From Thermoplasmata archaeon (GTDB lineage: Archaea > Thermoplasmatota > Thermoplasmata > Lutacidiplasmatales > UBA184): 49,718 bases of DNA. The DNA lies in the NCBI GenBank assembly GCA_021828665.1, contig JAJZDH010000001.1:1-49718 (forward strand), read 5' to 3'. Position 1 is the stretch's first letter. Each line of letters begins with the position of its first letter. The position numbers and the translations under genes are program-made. Positions 32,662-39,733 of the stretch are shown here, piece after piece. Below the pieces are notes generated by a model, which saw nothing but the letters and a program-made list of their open reading frames with translations, was not told where the DNA came from and did no database searches.

Positions 32662-32670
32662 CTATTTAGA
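32662..32670 (-). promoter_or_regulatory. TATA-like box (TCTAAATAG) upstream of the DZR gene, giving a ~35-nt leader that contains two GC hairpins
   Basis: A/T-rich box located between the metK stop (32733) and the GTG at 32602. The leader carries GGACCGG-ggg-CCGGTCC (32603-32619) and CCGGAG...CTCCGG (32618-32640). Confidence 0.5.
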
Positions 32671-32732
32671 GGTCGGGCCGGCGGGGGGCCGTCCGCCACC
32701 GCCCCTCCCGAGGCCCGGGCGGGCCGGTCCGC

Positions 32733-33938
32733 TCAGAAGACCGAGATCTTCCCCGTCAGGAGCCGCTGCGGGATCGTGCCGATCTGGTCGAACCACTTCT
32801 GGGCCACGGCGTCGGCCCGGCCGGTGACCTCGGCGAGCTTGACTCCCTTGGCCGGCAGGAGCTGGATCGACGCCACCTGGGGCTCGTCGATCGGCTTTCC
32901 GATCTGCGAGAGGATCCGCACGTGGACCTCCTGGACGTCGCCCCCCGCCTCCTTGACGATCTCCTGGGCGATGAGGTGGCTCAGGACGTTGTAGATCTTC
33001 CCGACGTGGTTCACCGGGTTCTTGCCGGCCGTGGCCTCGAGGCTCATCGGGCGGTTCGGGGTGATGAGCCCGTTGGCGCGGTTCCCCCGTCCCACGCTGC
33101 CGTCGTCCCCCGCCTCCATCGACAGTCCCGTCACCGTGAGGTAGTACCGGCCGAGCTCCGGATCGTCCGCCGTGTTGACGTCGATGACCACCTTCTTCGT
33201 GGTGAGCTTCGCGGCCTGATCGGCCACCTTGTCGTGGATCTCCTCGAGCACCGAGGCGTACTCCTGGCCGTCGGCCATCTCGCGGTCGACGAGCGCCGCG
33301 GCCACGGTGAGGTGGATCGTCTCATCGGAACGGAACCCCATCACCTTGACATCCTCCCCGAGCGCCGGGAGCTTCTTCACGAGCTTGGTGGTGAGGAACC
33401 GCTCGGTCTCGAGGACCAGCCGTTCGGTGTCGGAGTACGGGGCGAACCCGACCCCGAAGGAGGTGTCGTTCGCGAGGACCGCCTTCTGCTCGAAGACCCC
33501 CCGGAGGTCCACCGATCCGCTGCCGATCTTGCAGTCGAACTCGACCTGCGAGTCGACCTCGAGGTGGGAACCCACGGAGGCGACGTACTTCTTGGCCGCA
33601 TCGAGCGCCGTCTGGCGGAACGGCAGCTTCTCGCCGTTGACCTCGGTGGTCGCCCGCCCGACCAGGAGGATGTAGATCGGCGCGGTGACCCGCCCCCCGC
33701 CGAACTTCGGCTCCGAGGCGCCGCCGACGATCTGCGTCTCGTCGGTGTTGTGGTGCAGGATCCGCCCGTACTCGTCGAGGTACATCCGGGAGAGGGCCCG
33801 GCTCACGCTCTCGGAGATCCCGTCGGCCATCGAATCGGGGTGCCCGATCCCCTTGCGCTCGACGAGCTCGATCTCCTGGTCCTCGATGTGCACGGAGCGC
33901 AACGGCTCGACTCGGATGTTCCGGCCCATACTCGCCAC
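32733..33938 (-). CDS. metK: S-adenosylmethionine synthetase, archaeal type (MAT)
   Basis: Strong family signature along the whole length: [100 protein letters not shown]. The start is either GTG at 33938 (MASMGRN) or ATG at 33929 (MGRNIRVE). Confidence 0.95.
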   Translation of the reverse strand: MASMGRNIRVEPLRSVHIEDQEIELVERKGIGHPDSMADGISESVSRALSRMYLDEYGRILHHNTDETQIVGGASEPKFGGGRVTAPIYILLVGRATTEVNGEKLPFRQTALDAAKKYVASVGSHLEVDSQVEFDCKIGSGSVDLRGVFEQKAVLANDTSFGVGFAPYSDTERLVLETERFLTTKLVKKLPALGEDVKVMGFRSDETIHLTVAAALVDREMADGQEYASVLEEIHDKVADQAAKLTTKKVVIDVNTADDPELGRYYLTVTGLSMEAGDDGSVGRGNRANGLITPNRPMSLEATAGKNPVNHVGKIYNVLSHLIAQEIVKEAGGDVQEVHVRILSQIGKPIDEPQVASIQLLPAKGVKLAEVTGRADAVAQKWFDQIGTIPQRLLTGKISVF

Positions 33939-34070
33939 TCGGGGGGGGCGGAGTCGGGGGGCGCCTTAACCGTTGCGTGCGCCACCTTCCGCCGGGGCGG
34001 GGAGCCGACGGCGGGGGGACGGGAGCGCGCGGGAGCTCCGGGAACGCTCCTGCCCCCGGCCGGGAGCGGG

Positions 34071-35630
34071 CTACGCCGGCCGCATCGGTAGCCGGCCGTC
34101 CCGAGGCAGCGACGCCACCAGATGGGGTCCCTCCGGGAGGAACCCGAACCGCCGGTAGTACGGACGGGTGCCCACCGCGCTCGTCACGAACAGCCGGCGG
34201 TGCCCGGCCTCGGCCGCGATCGCGGCGGCCCGCGCGAGGAGCCGGCCGCCCAGCCCCCGGTGCTGGCCGGCGGAGGCGGCGTCGGTGGGACGGAGGCCGA
34301 TCGCCACCTCGGGGCCCAGCACCTTGAGCTCCCGGATCACGGGCGCCGCGAGCCCCCCGACGGTCTCCGGGGAAGGGAACCGCAGCCGGAGGAAGCCGGC
34401 CACCGCTTCGCTTTCGGGTTCCTCCTCGGAAAGGAAGATCTCGAGCCCGCCGGAGGCCGGATAGCGGCGCTCCACCGGGACGAACGCCGCCCCCGGCGCC
34501 ACCGGCCGGCGGCCGACTTCGCGGCATCTCAGGCAGCGGCAGCGCTCCCCGCTCCGGGCCATCTCGGCGATCGCCATCTGCCGGAGATTGCCGTGGCGCA
34601 CCCCGGCGGCGATGAGGCGGGCCGGGATGTCGCGCTGGATCCTCTGGATCCGGATCCACGGGGGGATCCGGGGCTTCATCCGGGCGAGGAGCCGGACGGC
34701 GGTTTCGGTGTCGTACGGCGTGTACCGGCCCGCCACGAACTCCGCATGGAGCGCCGTATCCGGAAGGACGAGCGTCGGGTACAGCTTGAGCATGTCCGGC
34801 GAGAGCGCGGGGTCGCTCACGATCCGCTCGAAATCCTCGAGGTCGCGCGCCGGGTCCATCCCCGGTAGCCCCAGCATGAGGTGGTAGCCGAGCTTGAGCC
34901 CCCGGTCCCGGGCCTCGCGGCTGGCCCGGAAGACCTCCGCGGCCCCGTGCGCCCGGCCCACCCGTTCGAGGACGTCGTCCCGAAGGCATTCGACCCCGAT
35001 CTCCACCCGGGTGACCCCTGCCGCGAGGAGATCGGGGAGGATCCGCCCGTCGCACCAGTCCGGCCGGGTCTCCACCGTCAGCCCGACGAGCCGGCGGGCC
35101 GCCGTCTCGTTGCGCGCCTGGGCCTCGCCGAGCGACGCCGAACGGCTCCCGTTCAGGCCGTCGAAGATCCCCCGGTACACCTCCTCCTGGTGCGCCCAGG
35201 GGCGGGACGGGAAGGTCCCCCCCTGGACGATCACCTCGACTTTGCTCGTGGGGTGGCCGAGCGCCTCGAGCGTCTCCAGGCGGTGGGCGGTGATCGCCCG
35301 GGCATCCCAGCCGAACTGGTGGGCCCGCAGCGCGCTCGGCTCCTCCCCCGTGTAGCTCTGGGGGGAGCGCTGCTCGAGACCGCCCGGACAGTACGCGCAT
35401 CGCCCGTGGGGGCACCGGGCCGGCGCGGTCATGACCGCCACCACCGCCACCCCCGAGAGCGTCCGGGTCGGTTTCCGGAGGATCGCGCCGAGGCGCGCCC
35501 GCTCCTCCGGCGGCAGCCCCCGGGCGAAGGCGACGTTGGTCGGGATCGCCCCGGAGCCGGGACCGGCCGCCTGGAGGCGGAGGCGCTTCGCGTCGTGGAT
35601 CGCGCCGGCGGCCGCGGTGGGGCGGTTCAT
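34071..35630 (-). CDS. elp3: Elp3-family radical SAM / GNAT acetyltransferase (archaeal tRNA wobble-uridine modification enzyme homolog), 519 aa
   Basis: Radical-SAM cluster region VAVMTAPARCPHGRCAYCPGG. Central TIM-barrel-like region (VEVIVQGGTF, TVETRPDWC, RVEIGVECL). C-terminal GNAT motif QHRGLGGRLLARAAAIAAEAG. The ATG overlaps the stop of the upstream gene (ATGA 35627-35630). Confidence 0.9.
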   Translation of the reverse strand: MNRPTAAAGAIHDAKRLRLQAAGPGSGAIPTNVAFARGLPPEERARLGAILRKPTRTLSGVAVVAVMTAPARCPHGRCAYCPGGLEQRSPQSYTGEEPSALRAHQFGWDARAITAHRLETLEALGHPTSKVEVIVQGGTFPSRPWAHQEEVYRGIFDGLNGSRSASLGEAQARNETAARRLVGLTVETRPDWCDGRILPDLLAAGVTRVEIGVECLRDDVLERVGRAHGAAEVFRASREARDRGLKLGYHLMLGLPGMDPARDLEDFERIVSDPALSPDMLKLYPTLVLPDTALHAEFVAGRYTPYDTETAVRLLARMKPRIPPWIRIQRIQRDIPARLIAAGVRHGNLRQMAIAEMARSGERCRCLRCREVGRRPVAPGAAFVPVERRYPASGGLEIFLSEEEPESEAVAGFLRLRFPSPETVGGLAAPVIRELKVLGPEVAIGLRPTDAASAGQHRGLGGRLLARAAAIAAEAGHRRLFVTSAVGTRPYYRRFGFLPEGPHLVASLPRDGRLPMRPA

Positions 35631-36781
35631 GGCGGGCCGAGCCAGTGGCGGGTCTCGCCGGTGAGGACGTACCGGACCTTTTGGAGGTCGGGGATCGACC
35701 GGGAGCCGGTGAGGAACATCGCGACCTTGAGCTCGTGGACGAGGTGGTGGAGCTCCTCCCGGGTGGCCTCGAGGGAGGTGGCGGCGGCGCGGAGGACCCC
35801 GCCCGCGGTCCCCGCGGCCCGGGCGCCGAGCGCGACCGCCCGGGCGACGTCGAGCCCGCTCCGGATCCCGCCGCTCGCGATGACGGGGAGGCCGAGCGGC
35901 ACCAGTTCCCGGACCGAGACCGGCGACGGGATCCCCCAGTCCCAGAAGGTCTTCCCGACCCGGACCTCCCGCCGCGCCCCCTGCGCGACCGCCCGGTGGT
36001 ACTCGACGGCGGCGAAGCTCGTGCCGCCGGTGCCGCTCGCGTCGAACCCGCGGACGCCCCGGCCCCGGAGCATCTCGCCCACCTCGCGGCTGAGGCCGGC
36101 GCCGGTCTCCTTGACCAGGACCGGCATCTCGGCGGCGAGCCGGCCGATCTCGTCGAGGGATCCCCGCGCCTTCCGGTCCCCTTCGGGCTGCACCATCTCC
36201 TGCAGGAAGTTCAGGTGGATCGCGAGGAGGTCGGCGCCGATGAGCTCCATCGCGGCCCGCGCCTCGCGCGGACCCACCACCGCCGTCCCCGGCCCCTGGG
36301 GGATGATCTGGGGCGCGCCCAGGTTCGCGAACTTCAACGGGACCTCGAAGCGCGCGACGCAGGAGTAGCTCTCGGGGAACTGCCCCTTGAGCACCGCGGC
36401 CCGCTCGCTGCCGACCCCGAGGGCGATCCCGACCTCCGCGGCCGCCTCGGCGAGGCGGCTGTTGATCCGGACGGCGTCCGGATAGCCGCCGGTCATCCCG
36501 GTGATGACGAGCGGCGCGGCGAGCCGGCGGCCGAACAGCTCGACCCGGGTGTCGATCTCGTCGAAATCGACCTCGGGCAGCGCCCGGTGGATCAGCTGGA
36601 CGTCGTCCCAGTAGCGGTACCGGCCCTCCACCGATTCCCCGAGGACGACCCGGACATGGTCGGCCTTGCGGTGGGTGAGCTGCCCGGCGGCCGGGTCCGG
36701 CCGCGGCGGATCAGGGAGGGGCGGCTCCGGACCAGCTCCCGTAGACCGTCTCCCCCCGAAGCGCCGCCGCCACCGTTCCAT
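35627..36781 (-). CDS. fni: Type 2 (FMN-dependent) isopentenyl-diphosphate delta-isomerase
   Basis: HRKADHV motif near the N-terminus, ITGMTGG, the FMN-binding TIM-barrel pattern (VKETGAGLS, ASGGIRSGLDVARAVALGA), and GxG-rich loops. ATG at 36781 would overlap the ipk 3' end by 71 nt. The first ~35 residues are Arg/Pro-rich, so the true start is uncertain. Confidence 0.88.
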   Translation of the reverse strand: MERWRRRFGGRRSTGAGPEPPLPDPPRPDPAAGQLTHRKADHVRVVLGESVEGRYRYWDDVQLIHRALPEVDFDEIDTRVELFGRRLAAPLVITGMTGGYPDAVRINSRLAEAAAEVGIALGVGSERAAVLKGQFPESYSCVARFEVPLKFANLGAPQIIPQGPGTAVVGPREARAAMELIGADLLAIHLNFLQEMVQPEGDRKARGSLDEIGRLAAEMPVLVKETGAGLSREVGEMLRGRGVRGFDASGTGGTSFAAVEYHRAVAQGARREVRVGKTFWDWGIPSPVSVRELVPLGLPVIASGGIRSGLDVARAVALGARAAGTAGGVLRAAATSLEATREELHHLVHELKVAMFLTGSRSIPDLQKVRYVLTGETRHWLGPP

Positions 36782-37526
36782 GACGGAGTCCGCTCATAAT
36801 ACCTGCGTCGGCGCCCATCGCGGAGATCTCGAGCATCGCCCGGATCTTGCCCCGGATGCCGCCGGTCGCGTCGGGGGCCCCGGGCGCCGGGATCAGCCGG
36901 TCGAGGAGTTCCGGGGTGACCCGGGGATGGATGCGGGGGCGGCCCGGGGCCCCGGGCGCCGCCACCAGGACCCCGTCGACATCGCTCGCGAAGAGGACGC
37001 GCTTGAGGCCGAGGTCGCGGGCGAGGCTCACGGCGATCGCATCGGCCGAGAGGATGGAGGTGCCCCAGCTCCGGTCGGCCACGACATCCCCGAAGCTCAC
37101 CGGCACCATCCCCTCCCCGATCGCCCACGCGAACGGACCGGTCGCCAGCGACTCGAGCCGTCCTTCCCGGTTCCACGCGAGGGGGGCCGGCGGGACCGAC
37201 CATGGCGAGAGGCCGGCCCGGACGAGCGCGGCGAGGACGGCCCGGTGCAGCCCCCGCACCTCGGCCGCCACGATGGAGGCGCCCCGGGCCCGCTGTCGCC
37301 CCGTCCCGGCCCGCGGCGGCTCGGTGAGGTGGAACCGGAGCGCGCCGGGATGGCCGAACGATCCCGCCCCGTGGAGCAGGACGATGGGACCGGAGGCCCC
37401 GTCCCGGATCTCCCCGGCGAGCCGTTCCAGGACCTTCGGGCGCAGGCGGGCCGGCCCGTTCTTCCGGGTGATGACGCTCCCCCCGAGCTTCAGCAGCACC
37501 GGCGGTCCCTCCGCCCGCGCCGGCAC
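36711..37526 (-). CDS. ipk: Isopentenyl phosphate kinase (amino-acid-kinase fold), 271 aa
   Basis: GTG start at 37526. LLKLGGSVIT, LLHGAGSFGHP, FGDVV and DATGGIRGK are typical of archaeal IPK. It is adjacent to fni, as in the archaeal alternative mevalonate pathway. Confidence 0.85.
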   Translation of the reverse strand: MPARAEGPPVLLKLGGSVITRKNGPARLRPKVLERLAGEIRDGASGPIVLLHGAGSFGHPGALRFHLTEPPRAGTGRQRARGASIVAAEVRGLHRAVLAALVRAGLSPWSVPPAPLAWNREGRLESLATGPFAWAIGEGMVPVSFGDVVADRSWGTSILSADAIAVSLARDLGLKRVLFASDVDGVLVAAPGAPGRPRIHPRVTPELLDRLIPAPGAPDATGGIRGKIRAMLEISAMGADAGIMSGLRHGTVAAALRGETVYGSWSGAAPP

Positions 37527-37547
37527 CCGAACCGCGGCCCTCCCCGG

Positions 37548-37781
37548 TCAGGCCGCCCGGTCGAGCCCGGCCCGCCGGTTCATGAGCATCGCCACGCCGA
37601 GGATCAGGAGACCGATGCCGGACAGGTAGGGCCACGTGAAGGTGACGATCCAGAGGAAGAGGAGGACGAGGCCGACCCCGCAGACGATCGCCGCCGCGAG
37701 GACGAACGGGACGGAGACCCAGCCGAGCGCCTGCCGCTCCTCCTCGTCCAGGGAGGAGGGTTCGTCCCCGTACGCCACCAT
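37548..37781 (-). CDS. Small 2-TM membrane protein (77 aa), hypothetical
   Basis: Internal ATG at 37781 (MVAYGDEPSSLDEEERQALGWVSVPFVLAAAIVCGVGLVLLFLWIVTFTWPYLSGIGLLILGVAMLM). It has two clear hydrophobic helices. The upstream part of the 230-aa track ORF is Arg/Pro/Gly-rich and overlaps the preceding gene. No clear SD or TATA box. Confidence 0.45.
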   Translation of the reverse strand: MVAYGDEPSSLDEEERQALGWVSVPFVLAAAIVCGVGLVLLFLWIVTFTWPYLSGIGLLILGVAMLMNRRAGLDRAA

Positions 37782-38055
37782 CGCCGGCGTCCGATGCGGC
37801 CCCGTGGGTAAGAACCTTGCGCTGGGGAGGAGGGCCGGGATCTCCCGGATCGAACCCCCGTCCCCGTTTCCTTCTGGCGGCGGTCCGTGCCGCGGCCGCG
37901 ACCTCCTCCGGCCCCATCCGCGCCCCCCGCCGCGGCGGGCGAACGGTAGGGCGCGCGAGGCGCCGCCCGGCGTTCCCCTCCCCGACGGCCCTCCCTTCCC
38001 CGACCTCGATCGCCCCGCACCACGGCGGGCGCTCCCGAATCGGGACCGGCGGCCG

Positions 38056-39234
38056 TTACCCGGCGGGGGTCGGCGGGCTCGCGAGGATCCTCCGGTAGAG
38101 GACCCCCTGGAGCGCGACGAGGTTCGAGACCGCCTGGCTGTCGGTCTCCTCGCCGGCGTCGGCATCGTCCATCGCCGGGGGCGGGGCCCCGGGCCGGTGG
38201 AACCGTTCGGTCGCGAGGCCGGCCACGATGGCGACGCCAAGGGCGGTGAGCGCGGCCGGCGCGCGGGCGAGATGCCGGTTCCGGGCGATCTCCGCCGCCT
38301 TGGTCACCCAGTCGAGGAGCTCCTCCGGCGAGAGATCGTGGCGTCCCACGAGGACCGACGCCGCCACGACCGGGGCGGGCAACCGGCCCCGGAGGAGGGC
38401 CGCGAGGGCGAGGACCTTCGGGACCCGGGCTTCCGCATCCTCCCGCAGGAGCAGGAGATGGAGCGCGGCGGGGCCGGCCTCCTTGCGGTCGGAGCCGGGA
38501 GCGAGGGCGTCGGTCAACTTCCGGAGCCGACCCTCGAACGCCGGATCGGCCGGCCGCCCGGCCAGGAGCGCGGCGGCCACATCGGAGCCCGCCTTCGCGC
38601 GCCAGCGGCCCCACTCGGCGAGGGGGGCTTCCGCGGCGAGCTTGGGATAGAGATGGAGGAGCGCGGCGACCGTCACCGGGTGGGACGGGGGGGGGACGGC
38701 GCGCCGGACCGTCGGCAAGGTGGTCATGAGATGCCCGTAGAAACGGCCGGTCGGCGCGCCCGACCGCATGAGGAGGACCGCGGCGAGCAGACGGTCCGGC
38801 GCCTCGCCCTCCAGCACGTCGATGAGACCCCAGCAGTTCCGGAACGACTCGGCCAGTTCGTCCGCTTCCAGATCCGCGTGGGCGACGCAGGTGGCGGCCA
38901 TCGGCATGTAATCGAACGACTCGGGAGGCGGCAGCGGACCGACGTCCCCGAGGAACGACTCGGCCGAGTGGGCGACCCGGTCCATCTCCTCGGCCAGCTC
39001 GGACATCTCCGTGGAGAGCGCCTCGAGCGGAAGGTCCCCCAAGCGGTACGACCGGAGCTCGAGCTCGGCCCGGACCGTCTCGCCGACGGGGGTGAGCGCC
39101 GCCCCCGATCCGGAGGAGGTGACGACCCGGTGGGCCAGCAACATCTCGTAGACGGGCCCGGAGGCGGGAGGGGCCGGCGTGGAGGAGGCCGCGCGCAGGA
39201 AATCGAGGACTTCGCGCGCGGAGATCTCGGTCAT
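38056..39234 (-). CDS. Hypothetical soluble alpha-helical protein, 392 aa, family not recognised
   Basis: ATG at 39234, balanced composition rich in Leu/Ala/Glu, TAA stop. An AAAGGGATTAACTAG box lies about 35 nt upstream. I see no recognisable motifs. Confidence 0.7.
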   Translation of the reverse strand: MTEISAREVLDFLRAASSTPAPPASGPVYEMLLAHRVVTSSGSGAALTPVGETVRAELELRSYRLGDLPLEALSTEMSELAEEMDRVAHSAESFLGDVGPLPPPESFDYMPMAATCVAHADLEADELAESFRNCWGLIDVLEGEAPDRLLAAVLLMRSGAPTGRFYGHLMTTLPTVRRAVPPPSHPVTVAALLHLYPKLAAEAPLAEWGRWRAKAGSDVAAALLAGRPADPAFEGRLRKLTDALAPGSDRKEAGPAALHLLLLREDAEARVPKVLALAALLRGRLPAPVVAASVLVGRHDLSPEELLDWVTKAAEIARNRHLARAPAALTALGVAIVAGLATERFHRPGAPPPAMDDADAGEETDSQAVSNLVALQGVLYRRILASPPTPAG

Positions 39235-39391
39235 CGGCGTCCGGTTGGGGGAGGATATGGGGTCAGCTAGTTAATCCCTTTGATACCGACCGACGGCCGC
39301 CTCCGCCGGAGGGATCGGCCGGGATGGACCGGAGCCGCGCCTTCCGGGTCCGGGGTCCGTTCCGGACCGGGCCGGCCGGGGGGCGGTCGGC

Positions 39392-39733
39392 TCAGTACGG
39401 CTCGAGGTCGCCCGTGATCGGGTCGATCTCCGCGGCCGGCGCCGGGCCGAGGCCGAGGCAGGTCTTCGTCCCCGGAGCGACCTCGTCGGACCCGGCATCC
39501 TCGACCATCGCCGAGGGGATCCCTCGGGCGGCCGCCTCGCGCTCGATCGCCTCGAGCTCCGCCAGGGTCGGCGCGAGGAGGAGGATCTTCCTCTGACCGG
39601 ATCGGCCCCACGCCTCCGCCCACGCCGGCCGCCGCCGGGCGGCGACGCCGCTCGCCCGCACGGCGGCGTCGGCGGCCTGGACCGCCGCCCGGACCGGCGC
39701 CATCCGGAGCTCCCCGCGAAGGACGAGAACCAT
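39392..39733 (-). other. pth2: Peptidyl-tRNA hydrolase Pth2 (archaeal/eukaryotic type) domain; possible independently translated 113-aa product from the internal ATG at 39733
   Basis: MVLVLRGELRMAPVRAAVQAADAAV...GQRKILLLAPTLAELEAIEREAAARGIPSAMVEDAGSDEVAPGTKTCLGLGPAPAAEIDPITGDLEPY. It is collinear with archaeal Pth2 from its first residue (hhhVR.DL.M..GK...Q..HA) to the C-terminal ID.ITG.L motif. The internal ATG is preceded by GGACGTGAag, which is one mismatch from GGAGGTGA. Confidence 0.8.
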
